Shown here in pieces: positions 21,736 to 31,822 of a stretch of DNA of 64,000 nt (position 1 is the first letter of the stretch; each line of letters starts with the position of its first letter). The DNA is from Prochlorococcus sp. AG-463-F15 (GTDB lineage Bacteria > Cyanobacteriota > Cyanobacteriia > PCC-6307 > Cyanobiaceae). The DNA is taken from positions 6,329 through 70,328 of the forward strand of contig QCRS01000001.1 in NCBI GenBank assembly GCA_003211755.1. The letters run 5' to 3'. The position numbers were made by a program, and so were the translations under genes. Under the pieces are notes generated by a model. The model saw nothing but the letters and a program-made list of their open reading frames with translations, had not been told where the DNA came from and did no database searches.

Positions 21736-22863
21736 TCCAATAGGGTTCCTGAAAATTAGCGATATTACAAGCCATTTTTATCCCTATCCGCCTTGCCAGC
21801 AAGAACTTTGTTAAGGCTAAAAATAATAGGAGTGAACTAGTTTTGGAAATTTCTTTAGGGGGGCAGGTCGCATGGAAGATTCCTATTGGCCTCCCAAGTT
21901 TTCAGTCAATAGGACTATTAAAGTCATGCCAGAAAATTCAAGGGGAGGTTTCTATTGGTTCTTCAGGTTGCAACGACGACTTCCTATATGCAAAAGCATC
22001 TAGTCCACATATGGCTAGACGTGCCACAAAGGTGCCTGTTGCTAGTGCTCTCGTTAATGCTGCTAAGTAAACTTATAGTTTGTTCTAAATAAGGGGCTAG
22101 AGATTTATAAAACCTTTTATTGACTATTATTTCTTGAGAGAGCTAACACTTCTATATTTAACCTGTTACTTAAGTCTCGTGTAGCAGGTCATTCGCACCT
22201 TTATAATGTGTAAAAAGATATTTTTGATTTGGTAGATTTCATTCCGATAAATGACCTTCGTTTTATTAATTATCGAATAAACCTCGAGGCCACTCAATAA
22301 ATGTTTTTTACAGAACCGATGAATCAAAATGGAGAAGCCTATGAAGATGATAAGTAGACTTATTGCTTTTCATATCTCCTTATGAAAACCGGAGATTATT
22401 AAAAAGAGCTTATGCCACTACTAACAAAGAGGGTGCATATAGATCTGGAGGGTTTTTGCTGAGTTCAATCTACTGATCCTACTTAGCGATTAGGTTCTAA
22501 CTGCAATGTGATGGAGATTTATGCGGACTACAGCAGTTGCTAGATATCCCATTGATAGGTCCAGCTGAATCAATATCCCCATTTTGAGATTCCATATTTA
22601 ACTTGAGGGCATTTTTGATATTTTTAGATTTGAGTTTGAGAACCAAAATATTTAGCTTGAAGGATTTGCTGTGCTTCTTCAGGGCATTAGGAAGCAAACC
22701 AATTATTAATGCTATCTATATTTCCTAGAACAATCGCTCTTCAAGACAAATAGTCGTCAAATGGTCTTTTTTTTAATAGCTTGAATTGGTGAGTTCTGAA
22801 CGAACCACAATGCCTCACAAGCGCATTAGCGTTCTTGCCCTTTGAATAAGACCTGCAAAATTT

Positions 22864-24054
22864 GTGGACAGTCAAAATAACTCTTCTTCACTTCCTCAAA
22901 ACCTCAAAAAGGTAATGCTTTCTGGCCTGAATGGGAAGGCGATAACTTTGAAGTTAGACGACATTCCAAGTAAATCAGTTGTACGAGATGTCGTGCCTGA
23001 CCGGTGCTTTACTCGTCAAACGAGTACATCCATTGCTTATCTAATTCAATCACTATCGATTCAAATAATCATTGTTGTTATAGGACTTTCTATCCCTGTA
23101 ACTGGGGCAATGTTTCCAGTTTGGATCATCTATGCAGTTGTGTCAGGTACTACTGCTATGGGTTTTTGGGTTATTGCTCATGAATGTGGTCATGGAGCTT
23201 TTTCAGATAATCGAAAGTTAGAGACAATAATTGGTTATGTTTTGCACTCGTTTCTACTTGTGCCTTACTTCTCATGGCAGCGCTCACATTCTATTCACCA
23301 TAGATTTACTAATCACATAACTGATGGAGAGACGTATGTCCCTCTAGTAATTGATGGAAATGGTACTACCGAGAAATCTGGCGGTGAAAACGATTTAGCC
23401 GCATCAAGAGCGTTAGGAAAAACACAGTATGGAGTGCGGCGACTTTTATCACATCTTTTCTTTGGCTGGCCTGCTTATTTACTTGCAGGAAAAACCGGTG
23501 GGCCAAGCTATGGAATGTCAAATCATTTTTGGCCAAGGGCACCATTTTCAAAGAAATTATGGCCATCAATCTGGGCAAAAAAAGTTTGGCTTTCTGATAT
23601 TGGAGTTGGCTTTGTTTTGCTTGCACTACTTGCCTGGGCTTTCCAGTGCGGAATTGCTTCAGTAATCACCCTTTACCTAGGACCTTTGCTCATGGTGAAT
23701 GTATGGCTTGTTGTTTATACCTGGCTCCATCACACTGATACGGATGTACCTCATCTCGCGGGCTCTGATTTTTCATTTATGCGAGGAGCTTTTTTATCCA
23801 TCGATCGTCCTTATGGAAAAATCTTGGATTTTTTACACCATAGAATTGGTTCAACACATGCTATTCATCACATCTCGCCGAATATTCCTCACTACCACGC
23901 AAGAGAAGCAACTTTGGCGATTAAGAAGGCTTTCCCAAAAGTCTATTTATTCAGCTCATCACCAATTTATTTAGCTCTTTGGAACGTTGCTTCAACTTGC
24001 ATCGCAGTGCAACGAGAGGAAGGAAGTTCAAGGTATTACTGGAAACAGCCATGA
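22864..24054 (+). CDS. Delta-12/omega-6-type fatty acid desaturase (FAD2-like)
   Basis: His boxes HECGH, HSIHH and HAIHH; LLVPYFSWQRSH and TWLHHTD. Confidence 0.9.
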   Translation: MDSQNNSSSLPQNLKKVMLSGLNGKAITLKLDDIPSKSVVRDVVPDRCFTRQTSTSIAYLIQSLSIQIIIVVIGLSIPVTGAMFPVWIIYAVVSGTTAMGFWVIAHECGHGAFSDNRKLETIIGYVLHSFLLVPYFSWQRSHSIHHRFTNHITDGETYVPLVIDGNGTTEKSGGENDLAASRALGKTQYGVRRLLSHLFFGWPAYLLAGKTGGPSYGMSNHFWPRAPFSKKLWPSIWAKKVWLSDIGVGFVLLALLAWAFQCGIASVITLYLGPLLMVNVWLVVYTWLHHTDTDVPHLAGSDFSFMRGAFLSIDRPYGKILDFLHHRIGSTHAIHHISPNIPHYHAREATLAIKKAFPKVYLFSSSPIYLALWNVASTCIAVQREEGSSRYYWKQP

Positions 24055-24170
24055 AAATATTTAGAAATCAACACCAAGCTCAGCTCAGCTCTTAAACAAC
24101 TTTTTATTTATGCAATGTAAGTATTATTACTAGTAGAGCTACTTGATTGCGGTAATTCTTCAGACCGTCA

Positions 24171-24293
24171 TCATGCAGATTGGCTAATGGGAGCGGTGTT
24201 TCTTAATTGCCAAAGCAAAACACCCCTGGTCACGACCATGAAAAGTGATAGAACTGCTAATCCAATACACAAAGGACAATGTGGAAAACTCAT
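24171..24293 (-). CDS. Microprotein with CxxC and hydrophobic helix (40 aa, not in the ORF track)
   Basis: Hand translation MSFPHCPLCIGLAVLSLFMVVTRGVLLWQLRNTAPISQSA; purine-rich AAGGGGAG immediately upstream. Confidence 0.6.
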   Translation of the reverse strand: MSFPHCPLCIGLAVLSLFMVVTRGVLLWQLRNTAPISQSA

Positions 24294-24362
24294 CTCCCCT
24301 TCTTTAACTAATTAAGTATTAGCGAAGACTTGAAAGACAGGCAGCATTATAAATATTAAATT

Positions 24363-24506
24363 TCATGCGTATAAAGGCTTATAGAGAGGTGCACCCAATC
24401 CACCTCCATCCTGGTCATCAACATCGTCAAAGAAGAATGAGAGAACCCATACTCCTCACAGTGCTAATAATGCCGCAAAACCTATTGTAAAAGGGTCAGA
24501 ATCCAA
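24363..24506 (-). pseudogene. Small membrane peptide gene with an internal TGA
   Basis: Hand translation MDSDPFTIGFAALLAL*GVWVLSFFFDDVDDQDGGGLGAPLYKPLYA; the stop is at 24456-24458. Confidence 0.5.
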
Positions 24507-24811
24507 TCTTATAAATAAAATCAAGTGAACATAGTGGATTTTGATTGAAATTGGTTGCAATACTCACCTAAATCAAATGCGGCTTATTTGTTTAGCAAGT
24601 GAATTGTAGGGAGAACATTACGAGTTTTTGCCATATTTGAAATCAAGATATCCTTTCTATTGCTGATGAAGCAAGCTGACTTATCGAGAATCAAGAAAAG
24701 ATGAGAACCTTCATTAGTTGCTGGCCTTTATAACTATTGGTCCCAATCCAATAATAGAAAAATTTTGCTATCCAATTTTCGGAAGACGATTAGAATAAAT
24801 TTTTCTCATTA

Positions 24812-25171
24812 TCAATCCCTTTCGATTGGTTTGGGTCTAGTCCAAGCAAGAATTAAGCCACCTATCAAACCCAGGTTCATAAATACTGCTTTTGACTCGA
24901 AGGGAAATATATGAAAAATAATTGTTGTAGGAATAATGAAGATTAGTAGTAATGCTGCACCGATCTTTTGGTTCTTTCCAAATACAAGAATTATTGAGCC
25001 TGAAACGATTAAAGCAATTGCAGCTATCAATAGCAGCATAGCTAGTGGTTGTGGAATTCCTCGAACAGCAATTGATTCAACGATCAAAGAGAATTTTGTA
25101 ACTTTTACAGGCAGAGCTATTGCAAAAACAGTGGCTAGCAGAACCCTGCCAATAAAGTCCAGTGATTTCAT
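24812..25171 (-). CDS. DoxX family membrane protein
   Basis: IGRVLLATVF start, four hydrophobic helices, PTTIIFH and NLGLIGGL. Confidence 0.85.
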   Translation of the reverse strand: MKSLDFIGRVLLATVFAIALPVKVTKFSLIVESIAVRGIPQPLAMLLLIAAIALIVSGSIILVFGKNQKIGAALLLIFIIPTTIIFHIFPFESKAVFMNLGLIGGLILAWTRPKPIERD

Positions 25172-25363
25172 GGCAATTGATCGAAACTATTGCGGTCTCT
25201 TTTAATTTAGTTGGCTATCATTAAAACTATCTTTTTATAAGTGCTTCTGACCTCATAGAAACTTAGAAGGAGAAAGTTGTTTGAAACTTGTTTGGCCTTT
25301 TTCCCTTCTTAAGAATTTGTTCAACCTCTTTCTCTGGTTTTTACTTGGTCTTATAAGAAAATT

Positions 25364-25720
25364 ATGAATATCTTTTCATTCCTTCTAAGTCTTTTCATTG
25401 CGATTACTCCATCTTCAACTTTTGATTGTGATGGTGAGCCTCTTAAGGCTACTATCAGAAATAATTTGAATGGTGATTTTGCACTTACTACTGATTTGCA
25501 GAAAGTTGATCAGGGTGCTTTTGTAGTCCTGGATTGGAAAGAAATTAGTTTGATGCTTCCAGTTTCTTTTCAAAAAGGGGAGATTAGCTTTACTGATAGG
25601 AAGTGGCTATGGAGCTATCAAGACAATGAAAACGGTTTACATGAAGACAAACCAAGATTTGCTCAACGTCTTCCAAGTGGAGAAATAGTTGAGCATCAAT
25701 GCAAGATAACTACAAAATAA
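25364..25720 (+). CDS. Hypothetical exported protein
   Basis: Signal-like N-terminus; a Cys pair near both ends of the mature part. Confidence 0.7.
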   Translation: MNIFSFLLSLFIAITPSSTFDCDGEPLKATIRNNLNGDFALTTDLQKVDQGAFVVLDWKEISLMLPVSFQKGEISFTDRKWLWSYQDNENGLHEDKPRFAQRLPSGEIVEHQCKITTK

Positions 25721-25862
25721 GCTTGTAATAACTGATTACATAATTAAGCTTTAAATACACGGCTTTTGAGTTCAGCTGTCTATAGAAGTTTTGAAATTAA
25801 GAATAAACTCTATAAGCCTGGATTTCTTTAGAGGAGGAATGTAATCGGCTTTAAGGAAAAAT

Positions 25863-26036
25863 TTACTTGCTTTTATGCATTTGATGAGTACTGCCCATTT
25901 GATGACTCCCAGCGAGCTCTTTAAGTGACTGAGCACCACAAATAGCACTTGATGCAATAACTACTAAGGAGGCGGTGCTGAGGAATTGAAGAACCACAGG
26001 GAGATGTGCGTTTAATCTGTCTCGAAAAGTTGTCAT
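25863..26036 (-). CDS. Small hypothetical membrane protein
   Basis: MTTFRDRLNAHLPVVLQFLSTASLVVIASSAICG..., with one TM helix. Confidence 0.6.
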   Translation of the reverse strand: MTTFRDRLNAHLPVVLQFLSTASLVVIASSAICGAQSLKELAGSHQMGSTHQMHKSK

Positions 26037-26858
26037 GTAGTCAATAAATAATATTCCATTCAAGCAAGCATTTAATCAGTTTAACCATTTTCTAATAGAA
26101 GCTTTAAGAAAAAGCAAACAATGTGTTTGCTCAAAAAATTCGAGTTGATAACTTCAGGCCAAACCAGCTCCAGAATTTAAAGCATAGAAGAAGATGCTTG
26201 TATGATACTTTGTATGTAAGTTTGGAACTTGAAATAGAAACTACAACTTAGAGATAGAAAGGAGATTTTAAAAGCACTTGAAAAGTTGGAAATAAGTATC
26301 TCTTAATGAATATTTTATAGCCCCTAGCTGATAGTTAGTTTTGTCGCAGAGCTTAAACACTGGTTAACATAGATCTAATAAAAACCTTGTGGAGAAAACT
26401 TTTTCTTGGTATCTTCATATGTCATGCAATAAGTCAAATGAGATGAGTGAAATTGAAGTACATAACTGCGAAGCTCTTGTTTTGGAATTGTTTGTTTAAA
26501 AGGATAATCCTCTGGAATTATCTCCCAAAAAAGTAGATGAAGGGTTGGGCTATAGAATAGAGAGAGTAATTGATCTTTTCCCAGATCTTGAATTGAAAAG
26601 ACTAGTGAATGGAATTCGCTTATTCTTGTGAACTTGAACCTTGAGCGAAGCACCAAAGAGATCTAGGAGGAGATCTATAACTCACTAGCTCAAATCACTC
26701 GCGAAGGATAATGGTGATGGAACGCTTTAATTCGGACCAAGCAGCCGCATAATTGGTAGAAAATCTAGGGAAATGGAATTTAAGTGATCACAAACCAAAG
26801 TTATTGCTAAAAATAAATGGAAGACTAGAAAACCTTCAAAAATGGACATAGCAAGACA

Positions 26859-27008
26859 ATGAATAATGAACCTATGAGCTATGAAGAATTACTGCGACGT
26901 GGTGTCGAAGCTCAGATGCGGGGCAACGAAGAGTTATCTAAGGCACTTTTTTCGCGTGCTATGGACTTAGGTGCAGAAGAACAAAGCGAGATAGAAAGCC
27001 AAAAATAA
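26859..27008 (+). CDS. Helical microprotein (49 aa, not in the ORF track)
   Basis: Hand translation MNNEPMSYEELLRRGVEAQMRGNEELSKALFSRAMDLGAEEQSEIESQK; single-TPR-like amphipathic pattern. Confidence 0.45.
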   Translation: MNNEPMSYEELLRRGVEAQMRGNEELSKALFSRAMDLGAEEQSEIESQK

Positions 27009-27358
27009 CTGCAGCAGCGCTGAAAAATAATTCCAACGGGTTACGAACATGATCGCTACTTGTCGAGATAGACAGCTTCAAGGGAGAAATTCCATTCAAC
27101 CCTAGAAACTTTCTATCACTTAGTGTCAGTTTCAGAACCGATTCGAATATCAAAACCCACTACTATTCCGATCGATATCAACAAGAGTCCTAAGCAGACG
27201 CTTATTGGAGGCATTTGCCAGCCCATATATCAAATGACTTTTTCAAATACCTTACAGGTCTTAGCCAACTAGAGGATATCAATTTGATAATGCTTTGGCT
27301 CTCGAGACACCTAAAGCAGTCGCCTTGGTAAGTTGAACTTACTTCTAGGGACTGATAT

Positions 27359-27547
27359 TTGACCCAAGTAACCGTTGGAGAGAATGAAGGCGTTGAATCT
27401 GCTCTACGTAGATTTAAGCGTGAAGTTGTTAAAGCTGGGATTTTTAATGAGTTAAGGCGAATCCGCCATCACGAAACACCTGTTGAGAAGTACAAACGAA
27501 AGCAAAGACTTCGCAGCAAGAGTCGCCGTCGTGGCCGAATGCGCTGA
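27359..27547 (+). CDS. rpsU: 30S ribosomal protein S21
   Basis: [16 protein letters not shown]...[13 protein letters not shown]; TTG start. Confidence 0.95.
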   Translation: MTQVTVGENEGVESALRRFKREVVKAGIFNELRRIRHHETPVEKYKRKQRLRSKSRRRGRMR

Positions 27548-28103
27548 GCTAGTTCCTTAGAGGTATGCGCAAGAAAGTGAATATTCCTCTTCGCTATCCT
27601 CTTCGGACTCTCTAGGGCTTGTTAAGTCCTGAACTGACAGACAGCTGAGCTGATCTGGTGGATCATTGCGTCTAATGAAAAACCAGGCTGAATTTTAGGG
27701 AGGAGATATTCTTTTATTTTTATATGTCTGTTCGATACCCTCTCTTTGCTTGAAAGAACGTTTCTTTGATCTATTAGAAAATGGGAAGTGCCATTGATCA
27801 ATTTGATTATTGCTATTAATTGGATTGACTTATTCGTGTGAAGTTAGAGGTAGGAGTGGCAATAGAACATAATAAATCAAGAGTTGAGAAGCGTTTAAAC
27901 GTCCATTTTGCCTACGCCAGTCAGCCACCTCTTCTAAATGGTCTCGAATAACTCAGCAAAGAAACATTCATTCAATACAATTGATAGCATATGTTTGTCT
28001 GCTCCAAACGGCTCGATCCTCAGGCTTTAGTTTCAAGACTTTAGCTATAAAGAACTTTCCTTTTCGGACCATACATTTTTATCTCTATCAGGTCCTTTAA
28101 GGA

Positions 28104-28409
28104 ATGACTATTTTCACAGGAAACCTTTCTTTTCAAGCAGAGCAGGAAGATTTAGTTGCTTTGTTCAGCCAGTATGGTGAAGTCAAAAGCTGCAATATCC
28201 CACTTGATCGGGAGACGGGGCGCAAGCGTGGGTTTGCTTTTATCGAGATGACAAGCGAAGAGGATGAACAGAAAGCAATTGACGATCTTCAAAATGTGGA
28301 GTGGATGGGTCGTCAAATCCGAGTAAATAAAGCAGAACCTCGCAAAGATTCAAGAGGTGGTGGTGGTGGTGGTCGCGGTGGGTATGGAGGCGGTGGAAAT
28401 CGTTGGTAA
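28104..28409 (+). CDS. RRM RNA-binding protein with Gly-rich tail (Rbp family)
   Basis: RNP2 IFTGNL, RNP1 RGFAFIEM and a C-terminal GGGGGGRGGYGGGG tail. Confidence 0.95.
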   Translation: MTIFTGNLSFQAEQEDLVALFSQYGEVKSCNIPLDRETGRKRGFAFIEMTSEEDEQKAIDDLQNVEWMGRQIRVNKAEPRKDSRGGGGGGRGGYGGGGNRW

Positions 28410-28412
28410 AGC

Positions 28413-29591
28413 ATGGAAATCAAACAAGTTAAACTTGGCTCTGAGAAACAAGGCAATTCATTAGAAAAAGCTGAAGTTAGGCGGAGTGATTTTTTCATTA
28501 AGCCATTTTTACGAAGGAGTAATGCACGAGCCAGTTGGCAGCTGTTAACGACAATTGTTCCTGTTGCAGGACTTTGGGTCGCAATATCAAGGATTGATCT
28601 AACTTCTTTATCTTTTTATTTCAAGGCTCTCGCATTGCTGCCAATACTTGGGCTTTTGGCGTTGTTTTCCTCTCGTGCATTCTCATTGATGCATGACTGT
28701 GGACATGGCTCATTATTCAGATCACGTCGTCTCAATCGTCTAGTGGGTTTCTCTCTCGGAGCCCTCAACGCGATACCACAACATCCTTGGTCTCGAGATC
28801 ATGCATTTCATCACAAACATAATGGAAACTGGGAGATATATCGTGGTCCTATTGATGTCCTAAGTCTTGAGGACTATCAAGCTATTTCTCAGCGCAAAAA
28901 ATTATTTTATGCAATCAGTCGTCATTGGTTGATGTTGTTCCCCGGCGGTTTCTACTATTTGATTATTAAGCCTCGATTAACCTTGATAAATGCGATGGCT
29001 CAGTTTTTGTGGTCAATAGGTAGAGAGTTGTTAGTTGCTTTACGCAACAAAAATTACGGAAGGGCTTTTGTCTTCTCTACACGGCTTCGATCACATCAGT
29101 CAGGTTATGGAGATACTTTTGCTGAATTAAGCGATTTGATTATAAATAATTTGGTTGTAATTATCAGTTGGATTCTCATGAGTAGATGGCTTGGGCCAGG
29201 CCTTTTTTGGAGTTGTTATTCGATAGTTATGACCCTTTCAGCAGCCATTTTTATTTGTATATTTTATGTCCAGCATAATTTTAAGGGCTCATATGCAAAT
29301 AGAACTGATAATTGGAGGTCTTTGCTTGGTGCTGTAGAAGGGAGTAGCAATCTAGATATACCCCGTTGGTTGAATTGGTTTTTAGCAGATATTTCTTTTC
29401 ACAGCCTCCATCACATCTGTGATCGAATCCCTAATTACAATTTACGAGCATGTCATTTACATAATCAACATCTTCTAAAGGATGCTATGACTCTACGTCT
29501 TGTAGATATCCCAAGTTGCTTTGACTACATCCTTTGGGATTCGGAATTACAAGAGTTGACAACCATTAAAGCAGCTCATTCTAATAAATAG
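28413..29591 (+). CDS. Fatty acid desaturase (DesA-like acyl-lipid desaturase)
   Basis: His boxes HDCGH, HAFHH and HSLHH; VQHNF and IPNYNL. Starts 3 nt after the rbp stop. Confidence 0.9.
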   Translation: MEIKQVKLGSEKQGNSLEKAEVRRSDFFIKPFLRRSNARASWQLLTTIVPVAGLWVAISRIDLTSLSFYFKALALLPILGLLALFSSRAFSLMHDCGHGSLFRSRRLNRLVGFSLGALNAIPQHPWSRDHAFHHKHNGNWEIYRGPIDVLSLEDYQAISQRKKLFYAISRHWLMLFPGGFYYLIIKPRLTLINAMAQFLWSIGRELLVALRNKNYGRAFVFSTRLRSHQSGYGDTFAELSDLIINNLVVIISWILMSRWLGPGLFWSCYSIVMTLSAAIFICIFYVQHNFKGSYANRTDNWRSLLGAVEGSSNLDIPRWLNWFLADISFHSLHHICDRIPNYNLRACHLHNQHLLKDAMTLRLVDIPSCFDYILWDSELQELTTIKAAHSNK

Positions 29592-30033
29592 TTACTATCA
29601 GCTTCCTGATTAGATTGGTTCTTTTATTTAAGCTTGCAGATGTCCCTATTGAAATAATCCAAGGTTTGAATCAACGCACTGGCTATGGAAGGTGGGTTTG
29701 TAGTTTTTTCTATCGAGCATTTAAATTTTATTTGCAGATGAGTGTCTTGCTGACTAAATATCAGTGTTAATAGTTTTCTTTAAATCTTTAGTGAATACAA
29801 ACAGATTGCTTAATTATTCTAGCCGTTGCCTAAGCAAGGAAAGTGAACTCGCATTAAGAAAATAGTTAATTAGAGGTATTTGCTTAGAAAATCGTATTTG
29901 TGCTGAGCAATACCTAGGTTGTCGTCTTATTGACTCATCACTTATAAAACCTTAGATCGCAATTCAGCGTTGTGAAGGCGTAAAAAATGGCAAGTTTTGA
30001 ACGGAATAGTCATATATCCCAAAGATATTGATT

Positions 30034-30110
30034 TAGGGATAAATACGGCAGGGTAAACACTGCGGCAAAAAGACTTGGGCTAAAACACTTGGGCGTAAAG
30101 ACCGATTTAC
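30034..30110 (+). promoter_or_regulatory. Five 14-bp-periodic direct repeats ending in a GTAAA-N6-TTTAC palindrome
   Basis: tagggatAAAtACg / gcagggtAAAcACt / gcggcaaAAAgACt / tgggctaAAAcACt / tgggcgtAAAgACc, then gatttac. Confidence 0.7.
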
Positions 30111-30229
30111 ACGCCGCCCCTTCTTTGGTTACACCATATATAGACCCCATGGCTTAACCCAGGAACAGTCATTAGGGCTTAGGGGGGATTGATCGACAAT
30201 CCCCTCCGCAAAAACTATTGGAGGTCCCT

Positions 30230-30490
30230 ATGAAAGCTCAAAAAACAGTTAAAGAAAAAACTAAGCAGATGATCCGCTATTCTCCACAACATTCCTTTGA
30301 AAATGACTATCCCGACAAGCGCCAGCAAGAAATGAAGAGAAGGTTTGGGATCCTTCAGACGAGACGAAGTTATTTAGAGCGTGAACTAAAAGTAGTAAAG
30401 AATTGCTTGTTCACACTTGATAAGCAAATGCAGAGTTATTCAGCATACAAACAACTATCTACGCAGAGTCCAGAAAATTCGACTTTTTAG
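30230..30490 (+). CDS. Small coiled-coil protein, paralog of 47192-47431
   Basis: GGAGG RBS 5 nt before ATG 30230; segment EMKRRFGILQTRRSYLERELKVV. Confidence 0.75.
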   Translation: MKAQKTVKEKTKQMIRYSPQHSFENDYPDKRQQEMKRRFGILQTRRSYLERELKVVKNCLFTLDKQMQSYSAYKQLSTQSPENSTF

Positions 30491-30651
30491 TAGGTCAATA
30501 ACTATTTTCTAATTGGTATGAATCAATTTTGGGCTCCCTTTGGGTATTACTTACGAGAGCAAGAAAACGATAAAAGCGTTTATATGTGCTTTGTTTGTCA
30601 GAGGTCTTCTGTGGACTGATCTTCGACAAGCTGTTCTTTCTAAAAAGAATT

Positions 30652-30792
30652 ATGAGTGACCTTCTTTGGCCCATCCTTGGATTGCTTGTAGTTGGCTTCC
30701 TTAGCAATATTGCAATGAAGCAAATAACAAAGAAGCCTAAGACACAAAAGAGATGGGTTCGCCCTGAAACAAATTCAGAGTCAACAGATTAA
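30652..30792 (+). CDS. Small single-TM protein
   Basis: MSDLLWPILGLLVVGFLSNIAMKQITKKPKTQKRWVRP... Confidence 0.55.
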   Translation: MSDLLWPILGLLVVGFLSNIAMKQITKKPKTQKRWVRPETNSESTD

Positions 30793-30991
30793 GAAGTCTG
30801 ATATGACTTAGATATTGGTCATCTGATGGCTATTTAGTAGGACTTATTTTTAGTTGAGAGAGATTTATTGCTTCGTCTTTGTCCTTAGGTTGAACAGAGA
30901 CATTTTGAGATTGAGTGGTTAACTTTTTCGAAGTAAAGCCTAGTAATGGCTAAATGGGTTTAAAAAGAGGTATTCCATATTGGGTTTAAGA

Positions 30992-31177
30992 ATGCAGAAA
31001 TATCATTACAAGACAGAATGCTTGGTCACTTGGGGACACACAGAGGATGTCGTCAAAGACCTTCAAGTAGTTCTCAATAGTTATTCCAAAGAAGGTTGGA
31101 GACTTGTTAGCCACCAAACTCCTCGGGAGCCAAATGAAGGCAGGACTCATATTTTGATCTTTGAGAGCCAAGCTTGA
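30992..31177 (+). CDS. DUF4177-like small protein
   Basis: MQKYHYKT...LNSYSKEGWRLVS...LIFE pattern. Confidence 0.7.
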   Translation: MQKYHYKTECLVTWGHTEDVVKDLQVVLNSYSKEGWRLVSHQTPREPNEGRTHILIFESQA

Positions 31178-31420
31178 GGAAGAGGCCAATTCTCGATACT
31201 TAATTTCCTGTAGCTTCATTAGCTAAATGAAAGGGTCAAAATCACTGATAATTGAGCTGATGTTTATCCAGGCCAAAAACCCATTTGACACCTTTCCTGG
31301 ACAACAAAATCAATAGTGGTTGTTCTTTTCAGGGTTGATAGAGTTAACAGTATTTATAGCCTAGATTTGAAATGGACCTTACTTTGGAAAGAACTGACAG
31401 CATGTTTTGATATTTTTCGG

Positions 31421-31487
31421 AATTCCTCCTAGAAAGAAAGCTCCCCATCACCCAGGCCCGTAGCTTTTAGCAAGGGTCTTTTTTATT
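31421..31487 (+). ncRNA. Candidate small RNA, copy 1 (left arm of a perfect 67-bp inverted repeat)
   Basis: AATTCCTCCTAGAAAGAAAGCTCCCCATCACCCAGGCCCGTAGCTTTTAGCAAGGGTCTTTTTTATT: C-rich 5' part, GC hairpin and T6. The repeat is certain; the RNA call is inferred. Confidence 0.55.
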
Positions 31488-31566
31488 TCCCAGGATTTGA
31501 GAGCACACTAAGTAATGAACTTAAGTCTGTGATTTGAATCTGAAGAGAGGCTCAATCAAATAATAC

Positions 31567-31758
31567 TTAAAGTTTTTGCTCGTTATAGTTGTTCTCAAAC
31601 CTTTTAGCTTTTGCCTCAGCTTGATCAGGCATCTTTCCCCCTTCTTTTAGTTCGAGAATGTCTCGAAACTTCTTCATCTCTGGATTCGTGGCGCCAAGTA
31701 GTTCTTGGATTCTCTTGAGCTCTATGTTGATTTTTTGGGATATCGTTTCGTTGGCCAT
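31567..31758 (-). CDS. Small charged helical protein enclosed by the inverted repeat
   Basis: MANETISQKINIELKRIQELLGATNPEMKKFRDILELKEGG..., 63 aa. Confidence 0.6.
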   Translation of the reverse strand: MANETISQKINIELKRIQELLGATNPEMKKFRDILELKEGGKMPDQAEAKAKRFENNYNEQKL

Positions 31759-31822
31759 TTGAGCGATAAGGTTTGGCAAATGAGAGCTTGACGATTTTAT
31801 TTGATTATTCTCCGCTCTGACC

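Noticed and set aside
21843-22697. ORFs 21843-22070 (+) and 22497-22697 (-)
   Set aside because: No RBS or motif support; probably decayed DNA.
30034-30110. CRISPR array interpretation of the periodic repeats (also 13242-13290)
   Set aside because: Units are 11-14 bp with no spacers, and no cas genes are present.
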